64,000 nt of DNA. It comes from Lingula anatina. Its lineage: Eukaryota > Animalia > Brachiopoda. The stretch covers positions 434,001 to 498,000 of the forward strand of contig CM120641.1 in assembly GCA_051362555.1 (NCBI GenBank). Direction: 5' to 3'. Under the pieces are notes generated by a model. It saw nothing but the letters and a program-made list of their open reading frames with translations, was not told the DNA's origin and searched no databases. The translations under genes were made by a program, and so were the position numbers. Shown one piece after another: positions 11,177 through 25,913 of this stretch. The first letter of the stretch is position 1, and every line of letters starts with the position of its first letter.

Positions 11177-14100
11177 TTTTCATTCATCATTTGATAACAA
11201 CTGAAATTATCTTTCTGATATTTGTTCAGAAAACCACAGGAGAATGTGAGAAAGGAAATTGTAGAGACCGGGAGAAGATGTTCTGGGATAATTTGATGAT
11301 TTTCTGAAATGGCATTTGTAAATTTGTGGTATTTGGAGGCATGTCTGTGTCCATCATTTCATAACTGATAAACTACATGTCCTTTTCAGTTGAAATTTAT
11401 CTGATGTTGAGATGAACATTTCTGAGAATTTAAAAACTCTTCCGTCATCCAACTTGCCTATAGACGTCATTTGTTCTTTCCTTTGGATTTCTTAGGTTTC
11501 TTGTAATGTCTGTATATTTCACATCCCTGATGTGTAGCTTTTTTCGTAATCATACTGCCAGCAAATCGGCCTGCAGTAATCATTCGATTCTATTTTTGTC
11601 ATCTTTTATTAGGCAATCCAGCTTTTATTCTTGCTCATTGTTGTGCTGCTTGCTGCATTGCTTTGCACTCTCATTGACTGAAGTTGTTTTTAGGGTTTAT
11701 TTGTTACTACTTTATTTCTACCATTGTCACACATGACTGTCTTGATTCTTAATTTATTAGATGCTACTGAAATTTTATTTGGTTAATTGTCATTCTATCA
11801 TGTTGTAAACACTTGTTTCCGCTCTGATAAGATAGTGAGTAGGACTGAGAAACTGATGCTATTTATGTTTCTTATGGACTGCTTCTTGTTCTGGTGTTTC
11901 CAAATTAGTTTTATTCTTTGACAGTTATTGATTCACATCAGCCCGTTTTCGCAAAGATATTAATGGTAAAAAATTCGCTGATGACATTGAAAGCATCTAA
12001 CCCATGAGAGAAATGCAGTTACTGTATTTTTTTATACCTTTATCAAAATGCGAAAAGAGCACAAATATCCTAGAGCTGTTCCTGGGAGGTGATTCTAATT
12101 TTTCTGCAAATTACTTTTCCATCCATAATTTTAAATAGCCATGCATCCTAAATACAGATATTATGTAGTTATATGAAGAGAGTATCAATAGTTAACACCT
12201 AAGGCCTATCCAAAAAACTAGAGTAAAGACCCAGGTAGCGTTATAGGCTCCATTCAGAATAGATGATCCAAGTACTACCCGTAACTGATCTGCTGACTTA
12301 GTATGGCCAACCATAGGGTGAATGATATGACATGTATTAGTATTATCAAGTATGCTTTACAGTTTATAAGGAACAACAATTACAGGTACAGTAACAAGAC
12401 CCTAAAATTCCTGGGGTTGGCGGGATGAATACCTAGGGGAATGCGATGAAGTGACGAAATCTGTGTGCATGCCTGTGTATGAAAAAAGGGTCGGAACAGA
12501 CCTTGCCAATAGACCCCATGCTGCATTTATTGACTGTAATATTTCAGAACCACTTATAAGCAGTCAAATTGCTTCATCTCTCCCACTGTTGAAGGGATTT
12601 CAAAGACCAAACTTAATTCCTCCGTTGAATTCTTAATGCATATTTTAGCATTTTCCATAAGTGCCCAAATCCCCCCAGATAAATTACTATGCATGAAAGT
12701 ACAATACTTGTTGTTTTAAATGTGTTTCTTTTTTTTCCAGAAACTGTTCAAGGTGCTGCCAGCTTATGCATTTTATATTAAGAATACTAAGGATGTCTTA
12801 ATTTAAAGCAGTTTAAGGTAAAAACAGGTATCTAGGAAACTGGTAGCACAACAAAGTATTAAATGATTATAAATTGAACATTGAACCTTTTTATATATAA
12901 GTTTTCAGTGTATATTGATGTGTCTACACATTGTCTAAAACAAAAAAAAATTATGCTGGCATTTGTCTGTTGTATAATACACTACTGAATAAAATGCCAT
13001 TTGATCTACACAATGAGGCGTTCAGTGTATTTCAAATAGGTTGCCTTCATGCTATGCAGATTTTTTGCAGTCATTTAAAAGCTAGCTACCAGTACATATA
13101 GCTACAAGCTGTTTAGTCCTGGGCTACATGTAAAATTGTTGTTAACATGCTATAAATTGATTCAGTGTTTTCTGAACAGATTTGATACACGTCTACTGCT
13201 GCAGTGCCAGGTGTTCCAGGATTTGTCTTTTTTAGTCCACAAAATAAAACTGCATGGTTTTGAATTTATTCTATATTTATTTTTGCACAGTTTGAAGTCT
13301 AACATAATGTTCCTTGTGAATGTGTGAATTCTAAGTTGAGGAGTTCTATCATTTAGACAGATTTGTTTTATCAATCTAGTAACCCAACAAAGAAATTTGC
13401 ATGGAAGCTATTTAGTAGACAAATTCAGTAATTTTCCCATATGTTTGATTCCCAACCAAAGTTTACAGAATAGCTGATCAATCAGTTAACAGACATAAAA
13501 AACTACCTACCTTTGTTGCAATTTATTAAAAGCACAATCTCTTGAGTCAGTGTGTGTCTTCTGATGGTTTCCCAGTCATGAAGGCCATCTCTGACTTGTA
13601 TCTACTATGGTCAGAATTTTAATTAATATATTATCGACTTATAGTCCCAAGTCATATGTTCTAAGTTAACAGTATTTCTGTTGAACACTGATCAGCTTGG
13701 ATGCTCTGACAAAGCAATTGTATCCGCAGACAAAGCGTGCAGTATCTCTTATATACCTCAGATACACCTTTCATGTAGACTGGAAGCCAAGTGGCAGAGA
13801 GGCTGCATTTAATATAAAAGTTACACACGACTGTAGGGCAGACTTTATTTGCAGTCCCTTTTGTTTTGGTCACAATTGATTTTGTTTACATATTTTCTTT
13901 AAGCTGTAAGCTATCAGTTATTACAATGGGTCGCACTTACAGTATGACTATTGGAGATTGATAATCATTGGGTTAACTACCCCATTTTATGTTCCTAGCT
14001 AATTTCAATATTGATTAATGATTGGAAGGGGGCTGTTAACTTTTAGAAGGGAATCCTCTTTATTTTGCTTATTAGCCTCTTAATTCTCATTTTATGGAGC

Positions 14101-17100
14101 CGCAGTAGTGAGTAGACATAAAACACAATGGTGTCTATACATTTGTCTGTCCGAGAAACCAGAGCTGGATATAGATTTCTTCTGTGCAATTAATGTTGCC
14201 ATTTTGCTTTAAACTCACAGGAATTACTCATTTTTTCTGATTGCATGTCAACTTTGAAAAGAAGCATAATCTGTTGTATCCTGCCAGAGTTCCTTGTGGG
14301 CCTAAATTGCAGGTCAAGTTTAAAGTTAGGCATGATCTAGTGATTACTAACATTTTATTAGAGATAATGAGAAATTAAATCCAGTACTGGATCTTACGTT
14401 GAAATGGAGAGCGCAACATTTTCACCTTCTCGCATCAAAGCCTTCTTCAGGTGAACAGATTTAGAGTGGTCACCAGTGTCACATAATGACATTCTGTGTG
14501 TTATGTCACAATTTCATGCAGAAAATCATTCTTTTTGTCTTGTTGCCTTTTATAGGAAAACTCCAATTGATCAACTGGAAATGTCTGGGGCATCATCCAA
14601 AATTGGTTGATGGTACAACATGACGACTCATGTTAGACAACAAAATGAAAGTGACACCTAAACCATGGTAGTGTTGTGCATTGACTGCAATTTGACAGAA
14701 TTTTAAAAAATAGTCAAAAAATAAAAATACACTTGGATTAATGCCATCGACTTTTTATTAAATTTCAACACTAGTCTGCTGTTATTTCTGAACCCACTCT
14801 CCTCCAGATTACATGATTCATCCTGCTTGAATTTTGGGATCAGATGGTTCACAGTATTAATAAACATGAAATTAAAAAAAGAAAAAACGCACGCTTATTC
14901 AATTAATTATTGAACTTCCAGCAAGTGCCTGAAGCATGGGATTTACATATAGCTTAACATTATGTAATGGTTAAAGTTGGTGTCCCTAATGGAATTATGT
15001 GAGTCAGAGCAAATGGTTCTAGCTTAAAATTGTTGTAAGTTAAATTATTTATTATCTGATCGTCAAGTTTGTCTTTTATCCTCCTCACGTTTGCACATGC
15101 TCAGTCTTTGGCTACATGTGTAAATGGAAGGAATCGATCTTTTGGAGAAATTGTGAAAGGGAATACCCCCCCCCCCCCCCCCCCGCCTCCCCTTGTAGCA
15201 TTCTTCCATGTTGGGACTTCTCACAGTGAGTCGTTCAGTGAAGTCAGCTGTATCAATTAAGTGTTCCCCTTAAATGAAAGAGGCACATGGTTGAGATATA
15301 AGAAAGATTGAAAGAAGACATGTTAGTAGAGTTTTACTTATCTTAATTATTTCCTACACATCTAATTATTGCTTTATAACAAACCATCAACCACAGTCTG
15401 GGTATATTTGATTCATTCCAGATCATTTGTCTCCCCATGCCTCATTGTCTTCAACATTGGGTGAATCTGTGGGAAAGATTGAGGTTTCCAAAATGGTCAG
15501 TTAAGTCATCTGGAAGTGGGACAGCAGTCATTGCCAGGTATGCATGGATTTCTGAAAGTCAGTAACAGTTTGTTACAATGAGATGGTATACATTGCTTGC
15601 AAATATTTTGTCTGAATCATTCATTTGGTTACACTATCTTACATCTTTTAAAAAGAAAAGACCTGTGCTTGCAGTGTATGTAGGTCAGTATTATTCTATT
15701 TATTTATTTATTTATTTATTTATCATTATTGTTACTGTATAGCACAATTTCCAAACTTTGGTTCTACTGAATATGTGAATAATTCCTCTCCTTTTTTAGT
15801 TAAAAGTACTACTACTGATTATCTGTACTTTTCCTATCATTTACTTCAATTCTCTGGATACTTTATAATAAGCATCCATGACCTAGCTGGAGAACCAGTT
15901 GGCGTAAATGAAGTATAGATACTTTATGGCACTTTATCTTATTCCAATCAAATTAGTTATGGAAGCCAATATAGTCAATTCGGGTTATGGTCGGTCAGAT
16001 ACACACTTTCTCATTTTGTTTGCAAAGTCAGTTATGCAATAAAGCTGTAGTTAGGAAAAACCCTAGACTCTTGATTTAATTAAATCAACTAGATTGACAG
16101 TTTTCTCATAAAGGGAATGGGGTTATATAATCAAGCTAATGTAGTGTAAAGAATAGCAATGGTTGGCAACCTTCAGTTATATGAGGGGGCTTTCACTAAA
16201 CATTTCAGGTCTTCCCTTGGCTGTCATGTGAATTATCTGTAAATTTGCATGGAGGAATTTTACCATGCAAATGATTTTTTAAAAATTCGTCAAAATTTTT
16301 TGTCAAAACTTTTTACAGTGCTCTTGTAAATTTGTGGCATCAAAATTTTCTTGGAAACTACTTGAAACTGGATTGACTGCAAACATTTTTCTTTCATATT
16401 TTGTAAATTAAAATTGCAGTATGATAATGCCATAACTTTCATTAACATGTAGAATTGTGATAATGAAACTTTGAAATGTCTTCAATGGATTCTTCCTTAT
16501 CCTACAACTACATGTATAACACACACATTTGCTTGTTGCAAAATTTGAAAAAACTGCTACAATGTATAGTGACAGGCTTCGGAAAACATAAATCAAACAG
16601 GTACAAATACAATACTAGTAATTAAGAAAAAGTATAAGCGAGGTACAAGGTTTTTTAAAGAAGTAATTAACATAAATAAGTAGTTAAAGTAGTTAAATTC
16701 TCTGTAGGAATTGGTGTAAGCAATAACCGCTAGACAGTATATAAAAACCTATTAATTGATGTATGGACATTATAAGTACTCTTCACCAGACGTTTTCTCT
16801 ACCTGTTACAAATTGTATGAAAGACCCCTGCCAAATTTAAGATGATCAGGTGGAAGATGTTTCTCCCCACACGTTCCATTTGTTGATGCCATTTCCACAC
16901 CTGGGTGTGGAGTACATAGTGCATATCCCTGTCCATGTTTTGTTATGTAATGTAAGTCTAGCGATAAATAGTAGGCAAAGACTGGTCATGTGGAGAGGGG
17001 TCCTGTTCAATATGCAGAAATTAATGGCGGCTGGCGCTAACAATGTTGCTTAATTTGCATTTGGATGAGCTTTTGCCAAAAAGGGTGCTATGAATTTATC

Positions 17101-17358
17101 AAGAAGAGTTAAAGCCACGGTGAAAGCTCAGAACCACAGAAACCATTAGCCAGATGTGGATTTTGGAAACTTTTATGTAACTCACTTATGGCCACATGTC
17201 AGTATTCTTGTTCCACCAGGATTAGTTCAACCCCCTCAGTTTTTAAGTGCTGAAATATAATTATGTTGGCATACTCCTCCATTACTCTTTAAAGGGGAAT
17301 AGCATGGGTGTGATGAGCTTTGTATCTTCTTGTTTCTGAAACTCAGAGGGGTGTTTAT

Positions 17359-17582
17359 GAGACCATTCCCACAGATATTTAGATCGATCTATCCCCCTGG
17401 GGAGTCTCACTAGATTGCTGTCATCTTGACTGGCTTAAATGTCTGTCCCAACCACTAGAAGCTGTAAGGGGTAATTAACTTTTGTGCCACTCGGCTTCCA
17501 GAAGCTGACAGCAATTTAGCGTGAACCCCCAGGGAGTAAGGTCAATCCAGATGGATCAATCTAAATCTGTGGGAACCCAGTC
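17359..17582 (+). mobile_element. Harbinger-type MITE family A (more diverged)
   Basis: TAT TSD at 17356-17358 and 17583-17585; same body as the other A copies. Confidence 0.8.
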
Positions 17583-18192
17583 TATGTCACTGTGAAAATC
17601 TTTGAGATTTACGGTTTTCTACAGATTATGTTATTAAGTAAAAATAACAATAAGTTTGAGGCAGCTTTTGCTAAACCATCACCCACAAAGGATTTTTGAA
17701 CAAGTGAAACTCATTATGTGCTATGTATTTCACCATATCGAGTATTTAATTCATATGGTATGGGAATTCTGTTACTTTGATAGAACCTAAAAATGTGTTT
17801 TTGTATTTTTGTGTCTGAAGTTAAATTCAGAGTGTGCAAAGTATACAAGTAAGGCCTATACAGTTACATGTATTTTCTGTCCAAGGCCCATGTAGTATGT
17901 GTCAACTGCTTGTGCATGGATGGTAATTTTCTGTGTTCTATGCAAGAAGTCGAGCCACAAATGGATTGTCACATGTCTTATGGATAGGCTCTACAGTGTT
18001 AAAGTACCTCACATTATCACATCCTACTTCAGTAAAGGCGAGATAACCCTTGTCTCCTCTTAAGACAATTAAGTCTCCAGGTCTACAGGGACACAATACA
18101 TGTTGCCAATAGTTACTGATCTCATTTTTCTTCAAGAGGCTATTAAGTCACTATGCCAGTTCACAGTGTGGGCATGTACTAGTATATACTAT

Positions 18193-18443
18193 GACCCACC
18201 TCATACCTAGATAGAACTAGCAGGATCGACCCATCTCCAAGGGGATTTTCACTAAATTGCATTCAGATTAAGCACCTTATATGTTTGGCATGCCTACTGA
18301 AGCTGCTAAACTATAGGTAATTACGCCCTAACAGCTTCAGTATATGCACATATCAGAGCCACTTATGCTAAATGTAATTTAGTGAGAAATCCCTCTGAGG
18401 TGGGTCAATCCTCCTAGGTTGATCTAGGTATAGGAATGGGGTC
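18193..18443. mobile_element. Harbinger-type fold-back MITE family B
   Basis: TAT at 18190-18192 and 18444-18446. Arms are homologous to 8710-8941; ends GGAATGGGGTC. Confidence 0.8.
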
Positions 18444-18446
18444 TAT

Positions 18447-18660
18447 GGCTGTATTCCCAGAGCTTTTAGATCGATCTATCCCCGCGGGGAGCCTCACTAG
18501 ATTACTGTCAGGTAATCCGGCTTAAATGTCCGTCCCGCCTACTACAAGCTGTAAGGGGGTAATTAACTTTCGTGTCTGCCGGCTGACAGCTATTTAGCGT
18601 GAACCCCCAGGGAGTTAGGTCGATCTTAAGTAGATCGATCTAATCTCTGGAAATGGGGTC
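18447..18660 (+). mobile_element. Harbinger-type MITE family A, abutting the family B copy
   Basis: TAT at 18444-18446 and 18661-18663. Ends GGCTGTATTCCCA...TGGAAATGGGGTC; highly similar to 31570-31784. Confidence 0.9.
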
Positions 18661-19119
18661 TATATGTAAGATCATATTCTGTTTTTATTTATCAACTTAT
18701 TTTGAAGTAAGATTAAGAAATGTGGTCTTGTATAGATATGTTATATATAGCTTATCCTTAGATCTGAACATTCTCGCCAGATCATGCACATCTTTCATAC
18801 TATATGGTGGCATTTGAAATGTCAATATTCATCTTTAAAGGTATACATATGTGTTCAGCAATGTCCTAAAGTCATTTTCTCTGTCTGCCACAATACATAT
18901 CCTGAAATTAGCTACTCATATTTCCCACTTCAAACTAAAAAAAGCCCCTTAAATAAAAGTAACTGGTATTAATAGTTTCTCCTGTTCATTCATTTATATA
19001 CCGGTAGATTTAAATTATTTAATTATTTATTATTCAATTTGGTTGGAAAATCTTGGAGAGAAAGCTACACCACATCAGGGGGACTGGGTCTCTTGTTCTT
19101 GACATCGGTCATGGTTTAA

Positions 19120-19828
19120 GGATATTGTAACCTTTTATTATCATCCAGATACCAAAAATGTGGTTTTTCTTTTATCTAATTATTCAATAATACATCTATC
19201 TTTGTGCTTATTTAAAACAATAAAAAACCCTCATGAATATAAAATATCGCAGTTTATATGTCTTGTTGTAATGTATAAGCATAGGCCACTCAAAACTTAA
19301 ATCATCAGTTTAACACCTCTTTTGAGATAAAATAGCAAAAGGTATGGGGCATAAGTTCATCCCTGAACAAGATTTTATCGCGGAAATTGGCAGAGTTGAC
19401 CACAAGTGTATGGGCTACAATCCCATGCTATCATTTTGGTTTAAATGTTTTTGTTATGGAGTTGTAAGCCCCTAATTACAGATTTTCATTAAACAAGGGC
19501 ATTATTTTGCTTAATCAAGGATAAAATCTTAATTAAGACTTTTAAGAAAAATTGCTGGCTGGGTTTTGGAGTACGAAATGTTGTCATTAAATCGGTGTTG
19601 AAACAATGATCTTGGGTGCTCAGGTTAACAACAAATTTGAGTAACCAATTTTACATTTTATAGATTTTATAGATTTTTTCCCGAAATCGCAATTTTGACG
19701 TCACCCGTAAGATGACATGTGTAAATGTTAATTAATTTAGTCGCTGATCACTGAAGATTTATCTATTACCCAAAAGTATGTATGTAAGGCAGTAAATAAG
19801 TAGTTTTGGGCAAAGGGTGACAATATCC
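19120..19828. mobile_element. Non-autonomous TTAA-TSD DNA transposon, Kolobok-like
   Basis: TTAA|GGATATTGTAACC ... GGTGACAATATCC|TTAA (12/13 TIR match). GG...CC termini with a TTAA TSD fit Kolobok rather than piggyBac (CC...GG). Confidence 0.75.
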
Positions 19829-21461
19829 TTAAGTCAAATACACCCCTCTTTAGTAACGCTTATATGTCATCCACTTCTTCATTACACTTGTGTATATCAC
19901 ATCCACCTGGCTGCCTCCATGTGTATCTTTTTATGTACATATCTCCGATGTCCCGAGAGTCGCCCTAAGGTCTTGTCATTATTGCATTATCAGATTAACG
20001 GGTCGGCAGACAGGTGAGACTCACACTGCTGTGAAAACATTACTTTGCGTAGTGTTTATGACACCTATTTGGAAAAATAAAGAAATGAAAGCATTGTTGA
20101 CACATTGTGACACATCAGTATTGAATGAAAACAGCAGTAAAAAGGTAAAGGGGCGCTGTCTTGAAAAAAATTTACAAAACCAATTTTGCGAGACATATAT
20201 GGAAAAAATATATTTAACAGATAAAGTTTTACTAAAAGAGTTAATTTGTTCCTCAAATTATGCTTTAAGTTCAAGATTTGTTAGGTAAAAATGTCAGTTT
20301 TGGTATCAGGATCTTTTCATATCTAGAGAAACTTTCAATATAAGTCATGTGACTTATGTAGCTATTGAAATACAGGACTACAAAATGGTACATTGTATTA
20401 TTATTTTTTCTCTGAATGTCTGTATATATTCTAATACATTTACCTATCACTGTTGCCATCATTATCTTTGACACACCTGTTAATCATCCTATAACAGCCA
20501 AACCATATTTTAATTTTCCTATAAGTTATTCATGTTTGGTAGAAGGGCAAGTTGCTTTCAAAAATCAGCACTATTTAACTATTTTTTCTTTTGGAAATCA
20601 GCATGATTATGTGTTTGTTTATATTAAAGTGGAGCAGTGGGAGCTGACTGTCTGTTCAGAGTCTACATATATACAAGCTTTGCTATCTAGTTTTTTATAG
20701 GTGTCATTGCTCAAGATTATACCAGCAAAAGTGTAGATTAACCATTTCTACATCGTTTTTTGCCTTAAGAACAAAAGACTTACAGGTAATTTCCAAAAAA
20801 AATTCTGCACAATAAAAGAACATTTCGAAACTGTATCTCTAATGGTTAATAAATTAAGTTTGGGGGGCACATTTCATTAAAAAAGGACACTCCCACAAAA
20901 ATCTAAAATGTACAGAACATTGAGCATCTTACTTAAATTTACAATTGAGGTGGCATATCAATAGACTTTTCAAAAACATTTGGTGTTTAAGGTGTATCCA
21001 GTTGTCTTTTCTTAAGCCCATGTTCCTACCCATGTTTGTGATCATCTCATTTGACATTGTCATTGATTTAGATATTGACTTCCTCAATTTATATCACTGA
21101 TCAATATCCCTACCAATTTATTGTGAAAAAAGAAGAAATTATATAGTCTCTGATTTACTTGCTTTAATGCTGGTATTAACTACAATCAGTAAAGAAGATT
21201 TCTACCTTCTCTGTGTCTGGTTTGTTTCCGCAATATAATTTAACCTTCAAGATGACATTTATTTCTTTCCTCTGATAACCTCTATCTCTCTCTGAACCCC
21301 TCTTCAAACCTCAGTGGTCCCTCTAATATAAATCCTGCCTCATGTGGTACCATACTTCTTTCTTCTTTTGATTTCTTCTGATGTTCTCAAACTTCTTTCT
21401 TTGCAGCAATCACCACATTTGCAGTTGCAAATTAGGTTAATTTCCATGGGTCTTACTCTTA

Positions 21462-21658
21462 GGGCGCATTCCCATAGATTTTAGATCGATCTCACTAGAT
21501 TAATGTCAGATAATCCGGCTTAAATGTCCACCCCACCTACTACAAGCTGTAAGGGGGTAATTAACTTTTGTGCCCACTCAGCTGACAGCTATTTAGTGTG
21601 AACCCTCAGGGAGTTAGGTCAATCTAGTTGGATCGATCTAATCTCTGGGAATGGGGTT
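21462..21658 (+). mobile_element. Harbinger-type MITE family A with a small internal deletion
   Basis: TTA TSD at 21459-21461 and 21659-21661. Ends GGGCGCATTCCCA...TGGGAATGGGGTT. Confidence 0.85.
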
Positions 21659-23391
21659 TTAGTGGTCATGTTGGCATTGCCATGTTATTTTAGATTGCTT
21701 AAGGATACAAATTTGGTGTTTTAGCTCTTTTTAACAGACAGTTTCTGAGGAGAGAAAGAATTTAGTGCATGATACATGTAGTTTCCACTGAATCACAGTC
21801 TACAAATATTGTTTTTAAGGGAATTAGAAAATTTTGTGTACATTTTACCTTGTAGTGCCATGTGTGCTCTTGGAGTACAAATGTAGTGTACGAGTTCTTT
21901 CTTTAAAAAGATTGAAGCACTGTATTGCCTTGAACGCTTTCTGACGATTCAAATGTATATGGAGTCTGGAGATCAGTTCAGAAATAAGGTACATCCATAA
22001 CTAGAGAGTTATTTTCCTTTTTCCTTTTTTATTCTTTTTTCAAATTTCACATCCATGATTTGTTCCATAGCAAGGCTCGGATTCCATAGCAATCAGGTAA
22101 CAAGCAAAGTGTATCTGAAGAGTTCAAAAGTTTACACCACATACTTACATGCAAACAGTAGGTTCTTGACTTAATTGTCACGATCTCAATTTGAAGATAA
22201 AAGATTTAGGGTAATATCATCATTTGTTGTCCACAGCAGTGACCACAGGTATCACATGTTCACATGATCAATACCTTTCTGGTATCAGCAGAGTATTGTA
22301 TATGGTGTCTGGGTGGAGAGCATATTAATTACAGAAAATTGTGTTATTGAGCACTGAAAGTAGAAAGTAAAAGCCACAATTAGGAAGTTCAAAGGAAGTT
22401 CACTGGCATCATTTTGATATCGTGAAGACCTTCCTTAGAGAGAATTCTACCCACATGGAGACTTCTCAAGAAATGCTAACAATTGGTTTCTGTAACCCAT
22501 CCGAGTTTTAAAACTTGTTTTGCGGACTCTGTGAAAAACATCAGTCTATTTTCATCCATTGTCACTAGTCAACACAGGTCTTATATTATGCCCTCAGAGT
22601 TCAGGGAATCAGTGTTTATCTTAATATATAGTTAAGTTGGTGCATGTATAAGGTCTTGACCTGGGCTTGTTGCAACTTCTTTATGGATCAGCTTCAGGGG
22701 AGAGCAGGTGTACATACCATCTTTGACCAGCTTCTGGAAGCCAGGCAGAATTTTTCAAGCGTATTTTGACAGTTCCATTCCAAGTCTGAGTTATCAAATT
22801 GATAATCTTATAATATCTCCTGTCAATCATACATGCAGTTGACATGTGAGTCAGGTCATAGCTGTCACTACAGGCCACACTCAACTTACTTATAACAATC
22901 TACAGGAGGAAGACTATCCACAATTAATACATTGATTTTGACAGTTATGACATATGCAAAAAAAAAAAAAAAAAACCAGGGTGAAGAAACTTTGATTCTT
23001 CACTATAATGGCAGAAGTGGCAAATGATTGTTGTGCAACATTAACTTTCATCCACTCTACTATTATCTGTGTGCCCAACTTTCATCTTTTTTGTCTTAAA
23101 TTTGCTAATGTAGTAAAAGACAGGTATTTATCTTTGAAGATGTTTCAAAACACAACTTGTTGCTTTAACTTACAGTATGTTATAGCGAAGGTTGTGGCAT
23201 GAGGTCCTGTTGATGGATTAATCATTAACTTTTACATATCATTGTAGGTTTTAGATGGGAGATGATTTTTTGTTTTCAATTAACACATTCTTTTTAAAAA
23301 TTCATTTCATGGAATTGCCATTTTTAATAAATATTATATATCTTTGTACCAATATACAACATGGATGCTAATAAAGTATTTAAACACATTG

Positions 23392-23562
23392 CAGGGGCAG
23401 ATTTAGGCTATCTTCAGGGTCTTCCAGAAGAAGATGGTCAGATTTTCAAGTTCACATTGACGGGTTTCTTTTTTTATCTGTCGGAAGACGGTCAAAAATG
23501 GAGGATGGATCATCAAAGATAATTTGGAAGACTGTCAGAAAATATCTCTGGATCCGCCCCTG
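23392..23562. mobile_element. hAT-like MITE (CAGGGGC...GCCCCTG) with 5-bp TSD
   Basis: Imperfect TIR CAGGGGCAGAT / ATCCGCCCCTG. CATTG lies on both flanks (23387-23391, 23563-23567). Confidence 0.75.
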
Positions 23563-25641
23563 CATTGGTGGGTGAATGGTTTTTCTAGAATCCATAAATT
23601 CTGTTCTTCCCCTGAAGAAATGTTTTTCAAAGCAAAGGTGTTGTCAGTCCAAAATAAATCCCAAATTTCATGAAGTAAACAGCTAACTGTAGACAATATG
23701 GACTCCAGCATTTAGTCCATATTTGTTACACACAGTCAAAACCTGGTAGGCAAGGAAGGAAGATCTATCTTATCCAGATCAGGCATCTAATTGGCAGGCT
23801 CACTTGTTGCAAAACCAATTTCCTTGTAATTTATCAGATTTACAGTTTTGTTATCCTTCAACTGCAGTATATTGTACATTGTACAATACCAGTACATATT
23901 CATATATATATATCAATCAGATGACTGCTTTGCCATTTTTCTCAGATAAATAGACTGTTGTTGTGACATATCATTTGAAATAAATAAATATTCCAAGAAT
24001 TGCCAATTTTTATTAGTATATGTATGCATTTACTGTTCACTGTTCTCAGAAATACCTTGTGAACATGGATTATTTAGGGCAACCTTTTTCACTTTACTTA
24101 ATAAAACGGTTATTGCTGTTTGCGATTGCGAGTCATGCGTTTGTGATCATGAAGGCCTAGTTAAGGACTTAAACAGTAATTTCATTGTGCAAATGTAAAA
24201 ATAGGTGTCACAGTGCTTTGCTGTATACATCACAAATGATTTGTCCAGCTTTCATTTAGATCTCTCACCCTTTATATAGAGGTTATTGCACTCAACTTAA
24301 TAGAACTAAAACTGACAGATAGGTGAAGCCACATGTCCTCATATCCTGCTTTTTGCAATGTAAATGTATGAAACAACTTAGAAATGGGTAAAACTAAAAA
24401 TTTCATTTCCATGATTTCTTTGCCATTTGTGTTTATACTCTTTGATCCTTTTATTTATACAGTTGCAGGTTTCAAAAAGCAATAACGTTGGAAATAAAAA
24501 TAATTTGAAAACCCAGCACAGTTTATTGACATATACATCGTATTATTAACTGTTTAACAGATAGCAATGCAGTGTAGGTTGAAATACATTAAATTATTTC
24601 AAATAATTGAATTTAGCTTTTCCCAGAAAGTGCATGAAGAGTTTGCCTGTAATGTTTCCACTGAGAGGACATGAAATAGAATTAAGAGATAAATAAATCT
24701 GTAAATGAAGCCATTAAGCAAATTACTGAAGGCAATTTTGGGGAGAAAATTTGTTTTGAAAAACCAACATTATATGGAAATTAAGATAGAAGAGAACATG
24801 CTGCAGATAGGAAATGGCTGGAGATGTTAATGTGTTGTTTGTTTGATGTATGATGTATATGCAAAAAGTTTACACTCAAGTCCTACAAATGTATGTAGGT
24901 TGATGCTTTATATATAATAAATTGATTCCATAGATCCTGTTTACTTAACAAAGTAATAAATCCCAAAGGAGGTCATGGAAATGTTTTTAAATTGATGATT
25001 CTTTTGAAACAATGCTTTGATCAATTGAATTTCGAAAGCATAAGCTAGAAATCAATATTTCATAACAAATGATGAAGCAGAAATGTTTTTTATGCAGCAA
25101 TTAAAGCTACAATAATATTCTGTTCATGATGCTTTAGCAGACAGTACTCATTAACAATTTATAACTACTGTTTGTGAATTGCAAATTAGAGATTTTGATC
25201 ACCAAATTTGTGGTCCACTTATATAAATAATGACTGTGCTGTCTGTGCACATCACATTATTGGCTGCAATCAATTTTTGAGGTTTTAGTTGGCTTTCGTC
25301 TGTGTCCCTCACTGTTAACATACATAATGCTTTTCTTGAACGCAAATTATTTTCATTAAGGCAGAGGATATGAGGAACAATACATTAGAGCTTGCAAACT
25401 CCAAGCCAAAAAAGGAAAACTTTCTACTCTGACAATGAAAGAGGTAGACTTTTTGTATCCACACCAAGGTACAGTCAAGTGCCTCAGAAATTAAGGGGGG
25501 GGGGGGGGGGGGTGAAATTTAGGGGGTAATTGATATTAATTGCCACTCTCATTGGTGATCCGATTATTGAACACAATTGATTTCTTTAATGAAGTATTTT
25601 GACCATGTAATGCATAATTTTACTTGCACATATACAACTTG

Positions 25642-25913
25642 TTGTATTGTATTGTATTGTATTGTATTGTATTGTATTTATTGTATTGTATTGTATTGTA
25701 TTGTATTGTATTTATTGTATTTATTGTATTGTATTGTATTTATTGTATTGTATTGTATTGTATTGTATTGTATTGTATTGTATTGTATTGTATTGTTTTG
25801 TATTGTATTTATTGTATTGTATTGTATTGTATTGTATTGTATTTATTGTATTGTATTGTATTGTATTTATTGTATTTATTGTATTGTATTGTATTGTATT
25901 GTATTGTATTGTT
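25642..25913. repeat. (TATTG)n pentanucleotide microsatellite with TATT interruptions
   Basis: Direct reading; explains the YCIVL-repeat ORFs. Confidence 0.95.

Noticed and set aside
12246-12310. Additional family C MITE start (GGCTCCATTCAGAATAG)
   Set aside because: No matching right TIR or TSD found; at most a fragment.
19890-20288. 132-aa plus-strand ORF
   Set aside because: Non-ATG start, no recognisable domain, and composition like the surrounding non-coding DNA.
22718-22899. Candidate minus-strand coding exon with an open phase-0 frame (IVISKLSVAC...EAGQR)
   Set aside because: Plausible splice sites but no recognisable protein and no compatible neighbouring exon. Similar candidates at ~27684-27869, ~18008-18082 and ~32931-33003 could not be chained.
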